Both the position numbers and the translations under genes were made by a program. Under the pieces are notes generated by a model that was not told where the DNA came from, did no database searches, and saw only the letters and a list, made by a program, of their open reading frames with translations. A stretch of DNA of 62,575 nucleotides, filler included, from Stramenopiles sp. TOSAG23-2 (lineage: Eukaryota), in the NCBI GenBank assembly GCA_900128395.1. It is 9 parts of 9 records of this genome, joined end to end, with 100 filler letters (N's around TTAATTAATTAA, not from the genome) between each part and the next. Parts side by side here need not be neighbours in the genome. Positions count along the whole stretch, not along the records: positions 27,892 to 34,754 come from LT650393.1; positions 34,855 to 41,716 come from LT650394.1; positions 41,817 to 48,671 come from LT650395.1; 6 more parts are not named here. One strand, given 5' to 3'. Of this stretch, positions 34,085 through 46,077 are shown piece after piece. Position 1 is the first letter of the stretch, and every line of letters begins with the position of its first letter.

Positions 34085-34854
34085 CGTATTTAATTCGTTT
34101 TATTACTCAAAGAAGAAAAAAAAACTACAAACAAACAAATAAATACAACCCAAACTGTCTTGTATTTTTCTATACGATAATAATCTATCTGCAACATCTC
34201 TTGATATCTATTTTGATCATCTATATTACTGTATATACAGAGGTATATAATGACAATATATGCCAATATCTGATATAGCGACGATATAGCTTGAGTAATA
34301 CTAAATTAAGGAAATTAATATATTATAATTACTCAACTTATATCACAATGTATTATACTCCGGATACATATGTATATAAACTTTTGCTAGAAGAATAATA
34401 CGGTATTTAATACATTTAATACGTATATATAAATAGATAATTCAAAAATAATACGTTAGTATATTAATAATTATATTTGATGTATTTGTTCATATACAAA
34501 ATTTTCCTTAAAATATGATAAACGTGTAGTTAAAAATCTTTTTTTGTAATATTTGTAATGCAACGCTAATGCATGGTGCTATGTTGAAAATATGTGGCAG
34601 CGCTTCTGCGGGGCACACTTTGCTCAAATTGAATTTCAATAGCGTTTCAATACTATTTACCTGCTATGTATAAATTCTATTTTACAATGTGGATAAATAA
34701 CAAAAGGTGTGTATGGCCATATTAATATTCTTCCGAAATCAGAAATATTAAAGCNNNNNNNNNNNNNNNNNNNNNNNNNNNNNNNNNNNNNNNNNNNNTT
34801 AATTAATTAANNNNNNNNNNNNNNNNNNNNNNNNNNNNNNNNNNNNNNNNNNNN

Positions 34855-34963
34855 AAGCAACTAATGCAACACGTCCTAAACCAGCTTTATTTTCATAATG
34901 TGCAAATTGCTCATCTTTTTTTGAATCTAATACCGTCAATACTAAACGTTGTAAATGTGTCAT
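34855..34963 (-). CDS. 5' fragment of an unidentified gene (MTHLQRLVLTVLDSKK...), truncated by linker
   Basis: Coding-like open frame from ATG at 34963 to the contig edge. Confidence 0.35.
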
Positions 34964-35821
34964 GTTATTGTTGCTATTTTTTTTGTGTGTGTTTATCAAT
35001 AAATCAATATGATGATAGTGTTTGAAAAATAAACTATATAAAAATAAATATACTACCTTTTAATTTCAAGAAGAAATAAAAAAAAAAATTAAAAATTTTT
35101 CCGATTATTAAAACCTTAATAATTTCAACGTTATTTAAATGGTAGGTTTCCTATCAGTAGTATACAGTGGATTTCGTACTAATGGAACATTTCTAAAAAC
35201 TAAATAAAATAAAAATTCTAACAGAGTGCTGGCTAGCCCAGCTAGCGGCGATCAGAGCAGTAGTATAGAGGTAGCATTGATTATCAACAAAGGGCGCGTA
35301 GAGGGAACACAGCATTGATTAAATTGCTTTCCATCTAATATATTGCGGTAGTAGTGTTGTTGTACAAAATATGAACAGAATATGCCTATGACCTATGATA
35401 TTCCCCTTGTAATCGAAGAATAAGGATGAATGAAGATAAATAAAACATGGCCAAAAAAAGGAGGGGCCGAAAATTAATAAAATAAAGATCTAAATAAGGA
35501 TATTTTGTACTTGCCAGATATATTAATTAAAATAATAGTATTATATACTCATCGTAATAATATACAATTATAACTAATATATGATATTACATTATTATTT
35601 TTGTATACCTATTAATGGATTTATGACCAATAAAAAATATTAAAACATGTAAAAATAATAATTGGATTGTCAAATAAAGAATAAATACATATAGTTACAG
35701 GACGAAAAGGTAGTAGAGATGTACAGATGAATAGACACAGAGAGGTTGAAATATAAATATACGACAATATTATATATTTATTATTTAGTGTGACGTAGAT
35801 AGATAGATATATTTATAAACG

Positions 35822-38800
35822 ATGACGATGAACAAGATGAACCGTTCCATTGTAGTAGGTATATTATTTCTTGCAACGTTGCTTACATTTTTCCATGCAG
35901 GTTTGGCAATGAACCAACCACCTGCAAATAGTGGCAATAGTAATAATAGAAATAATTATAGGAATACGGATAATAATAATAATAGGAATAATAGGAATAA
36001 TAGGAATAGTTATATGAATAGTGTGGCAGGACAATCTATTCCTGTATCTGGTTCAGGTACTGTGCCATCAGCACCTGTACCAGCTTTTAATTTCCCTTCC
36101 GATTCAACTGGAGGAACTGGTGCCACGGGTATGGCAACTGGTAGTACGGGATTAACTGGTATGGAAGGTTTAGATGCTACTGGTATTAGCATTAAAAGAA
36201 AGATACGTATGGAAAATCCTATTCTATCAGACACAACGCTCATGCGAATGTCGGAAGGACAATTGCAATTGGAGATAGAACATCGTGGATTGAACCCTAC
36301 ATCTACGACGCGTAGTGGAATGACGAGACAGTTGAAAAAGTTCTTTCAATCAGAAATATTAGACATGACTGGTGGTGAATTATCGTACGAATTAGAACGT
36401 AAAAAAGTTGTACCAAAAAGTGAAAAGGCACACCGACTTAGAATGCAATTGCGAAGTCACATCAAAGCGCCACCTAAATTTCCAATCGGTCCAGCATGGC
36501 ATCCATCTTATGACACACCAAACCATAATGACTCATGCCCTGTTACACATGAGTGTTCTGAGTGTACATCGAAACCAGGTTGTGGTTTCATGACGAATTT
36601 ACGCATATGTCTATCTGGTAACCATAAAGGTCCACATAAAATGAGTCTACGTATGAGCTTTAAAGCTCTTACCAACGAGAAAGCAATTAGTATGTATTGG
36701 ACCTATGGCAGTTGCCCTGCAACGCCATGCAATACGTACAGGAGCTGCGGGTCATGCCTTGCAGATAAATATTGCGGTTGGTGTGCAAGTACACAAACGT
36801 GCTTTGAAGATTTAGATGGGAAACAGCCGTTAAATGGTACATGCGATGCAGGTTGGTGCTCCCACCCAAATGGTGGTGCACCAGATTTGTTCCGCACACA
36901 TACTCATCCTTTGAATACGGAAATTAGGAATCAATGCGAAGTGTGTACAAAGGCAATGGAGAAGCCACAAGAAATGAGTGGAGAGGAAAAAGATCGTGTA
37001 CAAAAAGTATTGAAATCAATGGATGAAGCAAGAGATGCAAAAAATTTGGAAAGAGCTGAAGGCAATGTTACCAAGGTCATTCAAAATGAAAAGAATGCAG
37101 AGAAGAGAGTAAAGGTTGCAAAGAAAGCATTGAAAAAAGCATTAAATGCACCAGTTGTAAAAAAAGAAAAAGTTGTCAAGGCAAAGTTAAATTTAGAAAC
37201 AGCCCAAAAATTAGCTGTAGAAGCTGAAGCAACGGCAGAATTAGCTGGTAAAGACCAACGTGAAGCGGAGCAAGTGCAAATGGCAGCAGAGCAAAAAGCA
37301 GATGCAGCAGAAATGGACAAATCTACGAAATATCGTGAGACACAATCTGCATGTGATCGTGCAGCAAAGACACAAGATCCCTCGGATCAAAAGAAATGCG
37401 AGGAGAGCAAAGAAAAATACGAAAAAGCCCAGGAAAATGCTGCGAAATTAGTTGAAGAAAGTGAAGCTGTTGCGGAAGAAGCCATTTTAAAAACGGAGAA
37501 AAAAACTAAAGTTGTTGCATTAGCTAATGTTCATAAAGATAATGCAAATAAAGCAGCACTTCCAGATACACCAGCACAAAGATCTATTACAGACAAAATT
37601 GCAAAAGATGCTTTAAATGAAACAGTTTCATTGCCTGTTCAAGAAGCAAACAATAACGGCACAAGCAATAGCACGGAAGACCAAGAACAACGCTTAGCAG
37701 AGGAAGTGAAATTAGGACGCGCTGAATCTGAAATTGCAGATGTAAATGCTAAAAAAGTTGATTTACAAATGATCGTGGATTCTGGTAAAGCAACGAATGA
37801 AACAAAAGCTTCATTAAAAGTTGAAAATGCTAAATTGGCGATGGCAATTGCACTGAAACGAAAGGAACGTGCAATGGCATCAAAAAATACAAAATTATCA
37901 ACAAAGGCTTTGTTGGATTTGAAAGTTGAGCGTGCACGCGTTTATGTTGCTGAGAATGAAGAAAGTTTAATCAAAGCTGCACCAGCGATGAAAAAATTTG
38001 CTGAGAAGAAATTGAAGATATCAAAATCTAAATTAAACGAAACCATTGCTGAAAGGAAAGAGAAACTAGCAGATATGGAATTGCGAGCAAAGAATGTCAA
38101 ATCAGAAGCCGGCGGCAAAGCTGATTTAAACAAATTGAGGCAAGAGCGAGCAAGTGCTACAAAAGAATTAGCTGGCGCCATGGAAACATTGGCAGAGGAA
38201 AATGGCGATGCAAAAATCATGGCACAAGCAAAAGCAGAAGCTAAACTAGCAGCAGAGCGAGAATTGATGGCAGATAAATTAGGTGCTGGTGAGGTCACGG
38301 CAAAGGCCAAACAAGCAGATTTAGTATTAGAACGAACAATGCAAGTTGGCACACCCAGTGAAATTGTCATTGCAGCAGATCGTGCTCATAAAGCTGAGCA
38401 AGCTGTTGTGCGTATGAAAGCAAGAATGGCAGCTGGCGGTGCAGAAACACCAGAAGATATTGAACATTTAAAGGCGTTGAAAAATAAACATTTAAAGAAA
38501 GCATTGAAACGTTTAAGAAAAGAGCACGGTTTTGGTGATGATGATAGTGCAACTGGCGGTGCTACTGGTAGTGCAACTGGGGGTGCAACTGGAATGACAG
38601 GCAATAGCAATAATACCAATAGCAGTAGTAGTAGCGATGATGGCGAATTCAATCAATTGCCAGACATGTCAGATTTAGAAAAATTAGACCAAGAAGCACA
38701 AGATAAAGCTATTGAGGTTGGTATCTCCCCACCAAAACATGCTCCTCCAACATTAAGTGAAACAGCAGAGAAAGCTGGGGAAGATGCCATGGAAAAATTC

Positions 38801-40951
38801 ATTGCACCTCCACCTGCATCTGCAGGTGCGAAAGCAGCGGGATTAATGTTCTCGGCAACTTTTGAAATATCTGGATTTACTTGCAATGATTGGACGAAGC
38901 AAGTCGAAGGTGCATTAGTGATATCCATAGCTGATTATATTCGTGTAAATAAAAATAAAATTGCAATGAAACCACAATGTGAAAAAGAAGCTGAGGCTAC
39001 GGAATTGGCAGCAGCGTACAAATTGAGACGTCGACGTCGGTTGTTAGCAGAAATTCGTGGACAGAAAGGTGCTGGTGTTTTACCAGTGGATTTCAAAATT
39101 AAAGGTAAAACCCGCAGTGCAGTGCGCAAATTTTCAACTATGATTAAACGATGTGTCGATAATAGCACTTGTCCATTTGTACAAACATTTGCTGAAGACA
39201 TTAAGAAGTTAGGATTTACACCAAACAACATGGTCTTTTCCTTAGTTGGCTATGGCCAAAGTAGTTTGGGAGATGAATGGGCGGCTGGCAAACTTTCGAA
39301 AGATAATGTTAAAGTCTTATTTGGTAAAGCTGAGCCACGACGCGGAGAAGGGTTAAAGGACCACATTGAAAATCGCATGACATATGCTAGGCTTTTAGGC
39401 GATAGAGTTGCCGCATTCAGTGCCATTGCTGATGCTGAGAAATATGACAAATTGCAATTAGATGGTATTAAAGCCCAAGAAGAAGCTGCAAAGGCTGATT
39501 ATGAACGTGCTGCTAAATATGTACAATATAATATATCTGATTTAAGTGTCGAAGCTATTAAAACAGCGCGTGAATTGCTCGTGAACTCGACAAAACGTTT
39601 GCATGAGATTGATCAAATATACAAAGCTAGGAATAAAAGCGTGGACGTATGGCCTTCTGTTAAAACAGTCGTAGAAGAGCTTGAGCCCTTGAGTGCAATT
39701 TTAGAAATGGCACGTGGTTGCCGTATCTATGGAAATGGTACAAATGCAACTGCAACCGATGGTTGTAAATATCATTTGAATCGCGCAGAAGAAATAGTAA
39801 ATGCTTCGCGTGCTGAATTAATTCGATTAAGCGGATTGGATGAGAACGGAAACAGAAAAAGACCTCCAACGCAAGCGGAATTAGCAGCAAAAGCGGCACA
39901 AGAAAAATTCTTAAAAGATTTCAAAGCATTGCAAGAAAAGCGAAGTGCGAAATTACGCGCCATTGCACAACAAAAAGAATTGCATAAAAATGAACAAAAA
40001 TTCAAACGTAAGCGTGCAATTAAAAAATGGCATAAAAATAGGAACGAGGAAATCGAGAAGAAAAAAGCTAGAGAATATAAGCAATATTTGGAAGCCGATC
40101 ATGTGCAAAATAAATTATTCGAGGCTGTGGAAAATGAAACCGATACAGAAGCAGCAAGGAACATGTACGTAGCACAATTAGGAATTAAGAAAATGCAAAT
40201 AGAACAACGCGAGGAAGAAAACTTAGAAAATGAAAGACGAGAAGTATCAAAACAAGTTGAGAATACGAACGACACAATCGCAAAAGAAATTATTGTCAGA
40301 AAAGCAGTTAAGGTTAGCGAGGAGGAAAAGAAAGCTATTTCGAAAGCAAAATATGATGCTGAAATGGCAAAGAATCGTGCTGGTGCTGCATTATTGAAAG
40401 CAGAACGTGATGAAACCATGAAAGAAATGGCATTAGAAGGTTCTGAGGATGAGAAAAATCTAGAAGGATTAGTTGCGCAAGATGAAGGCGATGATAGCAA
40501 AGATAGTAAAAATAGTCGTCGCTCAGGAATAAGTCCTGGCACTGGCATGACTGGAGCAACTGGAGCAACTGGTGTAGCTGCTTTGAAAAAACAAAAACTT
40601 TTACAAGAAATTAAATCTGGTGATTTAACTGATGCAATTGCAAATGCGAAAAGCCCAGAATTAAAAATCGCGCTGGAAGCTAAACAACGCGAATTGTCAG
40701 AAGAGAAGAAAGATGCAGCGGCCCGTGTTAACAACGATGAACAACAAAATGATAGTAATTTAGACAATAATCGTGGGAAGAAGAAAGAGACGCAATATCC
40801 ACGTATGGATGTACAAATGGATGGTGCCGAAGGGGCACATAATGGACTAGGCAGACCATCATTAGATAAAGCTGGAAATGTACCATCAACTGAAGAGTAT
40901 GCTGAAAAAATGTCTACTGACGATCCAAATATTGTAAATCTCGGAGCGTAA
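35822..40951 (+). CDS. Large secreted protein: two SAP/HeH-like motifs, two PSI-like Cys domains, long A/E/K coiled coils, GATG repeats
   Basis: 1709-aa ORF with signal peptide; CSECTSKPGCGF and CGSCLADKYCGWCASTQTC; RRRRRLL motif. Confidence 0.8.
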   Translation: MTMNKMNRSIVVGILFLATLLTFFHAGLAMNQPPANSGNSNNRNNYRNTDNNNNRNNRNNRNSYMNSVAGQSIPVSGSGTVPSAPVPAFNFPSDSTGGTGATGMATGSTGLTGMEGLDATGISIKRKIRMENPILSDTTLMRMSEGQLQLEIEHRGLNPTSTTRSGMTRQLKKFFQSEILDMTGGELSYELERKKVVPKSEKAHRLRMQLRSHIKAPPKFPIGPAWHPSYDTPNHNDSCPVTHECSECTSKPGCGFMTNLRICLSGNHKGPHKMSLRMSFKALTNEKAISMYWTYGSCPATPCNTYRSCGSCLADKYCGWCASTQTCFEDLDGKQPLNGTCDAGWCSHPNGGAPDLFRTHTHPLNTEIRNQCEVCTKAMEKPQEMSGEEKDRVQKVLKSMDEARDAKNLERAEGNVTKVIQNEKNAEKRVKVAKKALKKALNAPVVKKEKVVKAKLNLETAQKLAVEAEATAELAGKDQREAEQVQMAAEQKADAAEMDKSTKYRETQSACDRAAKTQDPSDQKKCEESKEKYEKAQENAAKLVEESEAVAEEAILKTEKKTKVVALANVHKDNANKAALPDTPAQRSITDKIAKDALNETVSLPVQEANNNGTSNSTEDQEQRLAEEVKLGRAESEIADVNAKKVDLQMIVDSGKATNETKASLKVENAKLAMAIALKRKERAMASKNTKLSTKALLDLKVERARVYVAENEESLIKAAPAMKKFAEKKLKISKSKLNETIAERKEKLADMELRAKNVKSEAGGKADLNKLRQERASATKELAGAMETLAEENGDAKIMAQAKAEAKLAAERELMADKLGAGEVTAKAKQADLVLERTMQVGTPSEIVIAADRAHKAEQAVVRMKARMAAGGAETPEDIEHLKALKNKHLKKALKRLRKEHGFGDDDSATGGATGSATGGATGMTGNSNNTNSSSSSDDGEFNQLPDMSDLEKLDQEAQDKAIEVGISPPKHAPPTLSETAEKAGEDAMEKFIAPPPASAGAKAAGLMFSATFEISGFTCNDWTKQVEGALVISIADYIRVNKNKIAMKPQCEKEAEATELAAAYKLRRRRRLLAEIRGQKGAGVLPVDFKIKGKTRSAVRKFSTMIKRCVDNSTCPFVQTFAEDIKKLGFTPNNMVFSLVGYGQSSLGDEWAAGKLSKDNVKVLFGKAEPRRGEGLKDHIENRMTYARLLGDRVAAFSAIADAEKYDKLQLDGIKAQEEAAKADYERAAKYVQYNISDLSVEAIKTARELLVNSTKRLHEIDQIYKARNKSVDVWPSVKTVVEELEPLSAILEMARGCRIYGNGTNATATDGCKYHLNRAEEIVNASRAELIRLSGLDENGNRKRPPTQAELAAKAAQEKFLKDFKALQEKRSAKLRAIAQQKELHKNEQKFKRKRAIKKWHKNRNEEIEKKKAREYKQYLEADHVQNKLFEAVENETDTEAARNMYVAQLGIKKMQIEQREEENLENERREVSKQVENTNDTIAKEIIVRKAVKVSEEEKKAISKAKYDAEMAKNRAGAALLKAERDETMKEMALEGSEDEKNLEGLVAQDEGDDSKDSKNSRRSGISPGTGMTGATGATGVAALKKQKLLQEIKSGDLTDAIANAKSPELKIALEAKQRELSEEKKDAAARVNNDEQQNDSNLDNNRGKKKETQYPRMDVQMDGAEGAHNGLGRPSLDKAGNVPSTEEYAEKMSTDDPNIVNLGA

Positions 40952-41650
40952 AATGATAAAAAAATTTGTTAAAAAAATATATGACCACAAGTCTCTCTAC
41001 TATATACGTAACACAAAAATATAAATTTTCAATTCTCTAATACACACCCAATTCCCATTCTTCACTTCTCGAAATTCTCTCCTCTCTCCTGAACTCTCTA
41101 CTTTTGGCTTCGTGGCTTTCGTATTTTTTAAAAATAAAATATGCATATAGTCGCACCGACTCCATCAACATTCAGAAACGTACCTATTTTAGTGCTATTC
41201 CCATACTATTTATGAAATAGTATGTAAATAGCACTGTACTGAAAATAATGAATTTTTACAACATACACACAGACACATGAAAACTTACAAAAAGGGTAAT
41301 TCGATATGTCTAGTGCACACATGCGATTATAAAAAAAAGACACGTATAAGTTTTTCTTTTCGATATATATTTTTTTTTGAATAAAAATTGGACACGGTTG
41401 TAAATGTGCATTAAGTTGTACCTATTTTTAGTGCTATTTCATACTAATCAAATTCAGATCGTAAGTACCAATCGGTGACACTCGAGTTAGACTTAGGGTT
41501 ACAGGAGGATTAACGGGATCACAGTATAAAGCCTGTGTACCTGCTAAATTTAATGTTCACCGTGATAATAAATATTATAATATAATAATAATATAATAAC
41601 AAAGCACCCTTATAAATACCATTTTTAAATTATATGAATACCAAACAGCT

Positions 41651-41695
41651 GTGCAACACTGAGTGCAACACGGCGAAGCCGCCTTCGGCGACTAG
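41651..41695 (+). mobile_element. Helitron-like 3' terminus (GC hairpins followed by CTAG)
   Basis: CGGC-GAA-GCCG and overlapping CGCC-TTC-GGCG hairpins (41671-41690), CTAG at 41692-41695, preceded by GTGCAACAC twice. Confidence 0.45.
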
Positions 41696-41836
41696 AATAC
41701 GAAGATATAGGAAGAANNNNNNNNNNNNNNNNNNNNNNNNNNNNNNNNNNNNNNNNNNNNTTAATTAATTAANNNNNNNNNNNNNNNNNNNNNNNNNNNN
41801 NNNNNNNNNNNNNNNNTTATTCATAAGAACACATAA

Positions 41837-41872
<36 letters not shown>

Positions 41873-42940
41873 GTACCCTACAAAAAAGAAAGAAAGAGCC
41901 TATGACACACACGTCCCAGTATATAAACTATTTATGTGTATCATACTGCCGTACATAATCTTGTAGCAAACTAATATACAAATAATACGTTGATTTAATA
42001 CATGTATAATAAATCAGTTCAGATTATCTATACATTATCTTGCTAATTTTCACTATGCACTAAATGAGCCAGCTGCAAAATTTGCAGTGCTATTTTATTA
42101 TTAAATGATATAAAATGAAAGAGGATGGTTTAAAGTGTTAGATATTATGATATTTTTTGACATTGAAAAGAACAAATAGTCGTCTAATATAATGGATATA
42201 TAGAATCAAAATGATATTAATACTTACGCAAATTCTTTGGCAGACATTTTTGCACTTTCTCCACCCTTTAAAAATTGTTTAAACGTATTGCTTGTTATTT
42301 GATAAATCATGGTTATAGTTATTTTGGTTGTTTCAACTTGTTTCTTATATCTTGTCAGATCATGGTTTTCTAATATGTCTTTCAATACAAATAATAATTC
42401 AAAAATTGTTTTTAGTGAATTTTATGTGTGTATAATAAATATAATGGCACACAATGCCTGGAATGCCTGGAAAATGGTTGTTTTTTAGTGAAATCATGTT
42501 GGTGACGATGAAATTTATTGGCTGGAAGCTAGCAGAGGATTTTGATGATGTGCTATTTCCATGCTAATCGTAATCGTGGATGAAAATTTCCATCCTTATA
42601 AGTGCCATTCACTTTATTGATCGAATCATCATTAAAATAACACTAAATTTTTTATGGATGCCACATGCCTGGTATTGCCATATTAAATTATAACAACTTG
42701 TTTTTATTAACATTTTTGTAATGTATAAAATGTATAAATTGTTATTTTATGTATTTATAAGAAAACACACTCTGAATGAAGGTGTACACATATTGTTTTG
42801 TTTTTCATGATCATTTTATTCACGATCGAAAAAAAGGATAGAAAACGATCCAGATTGATAAATTCACGAATATTAATATCGTAATTGTAGATAATAACAA
42901 CTATATATATATATCCATATATTTAAGATTTGATAGAAAG

Positions 42941-43394
42941 ATGAAAAGTTATATAATAGTTTTTTTAAACACATTGTTATGTATTTTCATGATCATAGTA
43001 TGTCCACATGGAAAACTAATCAACAAAAATCAAAAGACGAAATATTTAAGATATGATAATAATAATAATAATAATTATGACAATAAAGAAATTGAACGAA
43101 GAAGAAAATTATCAACAAGTTTCTGAAACAGAACCATCGAAGTCTGGCTGTGGTTGTTTTGAATTATCAAATGCTGTAGATAAAACTAGGTGCAATTCTA
43201 TAAAAAGCATCGATTTATCAAGCGAAGCAAGTACTGATAGTATAATAGTTGACGGGGATTGGGGTTCACCTGTCACAGAAGTTAACTTTGTACAAATATT
43301 TTATTTAATTGCATTAATTGGCAGTGGTGTTGCGGTAGCAATGTTTTTAGTACAATGTTTGTACATCCACACATGTAAACCGAAAAGCGAGTAA
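42941..43394 (+). CDS. Small secreted/single-TM protein broken by a 1-nt frameshift near 43120
   Basis: ORF1 has a signal peptide, YLR and RRRKL; overlapping ORF2 has a Cys motif and C-terminal TM; removing one T in AGTTTCT fuses them. Confidence 0.5.
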
Positions 43395-43653
43395 AATATA
43401 AAATCTATATTTTTTTTAATTTTTGTATTTAAAAAATGTATTTTTATGCTTTGTAGTACCACCAGGTATTTTCAGAGAGAATTTCTCTCTCTGGTATTGA
43501 TGACTATAAAAAATCAATAATAAACCTTACTACAGCTTTTACCAAAATCAAAACTCTCTGATATGATATATATACTCTGTATATATAATAACAAATACAG
43601 ATCACGCACTTCATCAAGAATAATAAACATACTCAAATAGAAGAAGAGAAAAC

Positions 43654-43761
43654 ATGAAAGTACAAGAACGAGAAATGGAGGAAAATCAGATGAGAAAGAA
43701 ACGAAAAACTCGAGGCAATTGTAACAATGTAAATAATGACAAAGAAGAGGAAAACCCATTC

Positions 43762-43795
<34 letters not shown>

Positions 43796-45120
43796 TGCAT
43801 CCAAAAAATAGATATCAAAATGGGTATTCCTTTGAAACGTTTAATTCAAAAAGTTTAATCTATCCATACTTGATAAAGCGTGATACATTTTCATTCATTG
43901 ATTGGAAAAATTACGATGCAGTGAAAGCTTTTAATATATCATTGCTTAAGAGGGATTTCGATCTGAATGTTCATATCGAACCAACGGGAAGACTGGTACC
44001 GTCAATACCAAGCAGGTTAAATTATATTTTATGGATTAGTGATTTAATTGATGCAACAAAACAAACATTAACAAATTTTAATTATGTTGGTAAGATTATT
44101 GGAATCGATATAGGAACTGGTGCATCTTGTATATATCCATTACTAGGAACATCTATGAATAAAAATTGGCAGTTCTATGCAACTGAAATCGATATTGATT
44201 CTTACAATAATGCTTCTAAAAATGTTGCGATGAACAATTTAAATAGTAAGATAAAACTTATTAAAGGATGTCACAATAAATTTTTTCAACCTGTATTTGA
44301 CAACAGCAATGATGATAATTCTAATAATAATAATAATAACAACAACAACACTCGATTACAAAAAGAAAAAGTTATGTTTACAATGTGTAATCCCCCATAT
44401 TTTTCTACAATGGAGGAATGGGAAGCAGGTAAGTCTGGAGATATGTTTGGTGGAGAACCTGTTGAAATGATAACAAACGGTGGGGAAGAAACATTTATTA
44501 TAAATATGATCAATGAAAGTATCAAATATAAAGATCAAATTATATGGTTTACTACATTGATTGGTATAAAAAAACATATACATAGTATAGAAAAAAAATT
44601 ACGATCTTTATCACCACCAAATCATGTAATGGCTATTAAACACCACACATTTAGACAAGGACGTACTTTTCGATGGGGTATTGCATGGAGCTTTTTCAAA
44701 AATATAATTGAAAAAGAAATTGTTGATGTACGAATGAATATAAAAAATTATCTTCATAACATCAATGATGATAAAACAATATCTGATTATTTGAATCAAT
44801 GTATGGTTGAATTTTTAGATTACTGTAGTCACCATCATCATAATAATAATAATGATGACTATCGCATAGAAAAAAGTTTGGAAGGAATCGATAATCTTTT
44901 TATTGTTTTTGTTAATCGTAACGCATTGTTTAAAATTAAGTTGAATATTGATGGTGATTATATTATATTTAAATTGATGGAAACAACAACATCTAATAAC
45001 AACGTTGTTGATGAGAAACATGAAAATAACAATAATAAATTTCATTTCTTTAAAATCGTTGATAAAATGAAAAGTTGTATTACACAAAGTAGAAAATGGA
45101 AAAGAAGAAAAAAGAAATGA
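43654..45120 (+). CDS. METTL16: METTL16 / RlmF-family RNA m6A methyltransferase
   Basis: LVPSIPSRLNYILWI, IDIGTGASCIYPLLG, MCNPPYF, GGEETFI, WFTTLIG, QGRTFRWGIAWSF. Confidence 0.9.
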
Positions 45121-45252
45121 GAGATTATACGGTATAAAAGAGCGTGTATAAAAATAAAATACGCTTCGCGTATATATATATATACGCGTGTGTATAAAAT
45201 TAGTCAGAGTATATAATACATGTACGTTCATGTATATTTCTCGTAATAATTT

Positions 45253-46077
45253 TTATTCTTCTGTTACGACTAACCCACCAGCATTTGGTGATGGATCATT
45301 TGGTTTATCAATTAAATCTGGATCAAATCCTTCCATTGTCATTTTATGTTTTACAACGGAAGGGGGAAGGCCTAATTTCAACATTTTAAAATATTTTGCA
45401 AATGCTGGATCATCTTTAATAGTTAATACAGCTGCCTCTTCTTCACCAGCTTTTTCTTCTTCTGTTGTCCCATTTTCCAACTCTAATACGGGTTGTTGTT
45501 CACTACTATCATTATTATTACTATTGGTTTCGGGCTGTGGTTGTCCACCGCCACCACCACCACCAGGATTATTTGGTGATATTGCATCTGGTGTATCAAG
45601 TAAATTAGGATCTAGATCCGTTTCTGCACTTAATTTCAACTTAATTTGTTCAACAGGCATACCCAGTTTCATCAGTTTAAAATAACGTGCATATTGTGGA
45701 TCATCTTTAACTTTTAATGCATTTGGATCTGGCCCAGGTGGAGCAGGGGCTGTTTTCGTTTCTTGTGCAGGTGCTGCAGTTGTTGCTGCTCCGTTACTAT
45801 TACTATTAGTTGCAGTCGTATTTGCTGGGGCACTTTGCGCAGAACCATCTAAATCTGGTACTGAATCTAATTTCGCCTCTAAAATACTTAAAGTAGTCTC
45901 TAACCTTGATAAATTATTTGATACTTTTAATAATTTTTCATCTACTATTGCACTAAATCGGTTTAAAAAACGTGTTGTATTGACTACGAAATTATTCACA
46001 ATGACAAGACTTTTTTTAATTGGTATTGGACGGCAATGCCTCAAATCTTGCAACGCACCTGTTGGATCTTCACTCAT
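45253..46077 (-). CDS. WASHC3: WASH complex subunit 3 (CCDC53) with duplicated C-terminal module
   Basis: VNNFVVNTTRFLNRFS...LETTLSILEAKLDSVPDL; KDDPxYA(R/K)YFK(L/M)xKLG module twice; start MSEDP at 46077. Confidence 0.9.
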   Translation of the reverse strand: MSEDPTGALQDLRHCRPIPIKKSLVIVNNFVVNTTRFLNRFSAIVDEKLLKVSNNLSRLETTLSILEAKLDSVPDLDGSAQSAPANTTATNSNSNGAATTAAPAQETKTAPAPPGPDPNALKVKDDPQYARYFKLMKLGMPVEQIKLKLSAETDLDPNLLDTPDAISPNNPGGGGGGGQPQPETNSNNNDSSEQQPVLELENGTTEEEKAGEEEAAVLTIKDDPAFAKYFKMLKLGLPPSVVKHKMTMEGFDPDLIDKPNDPSPNAGGLVVTEE

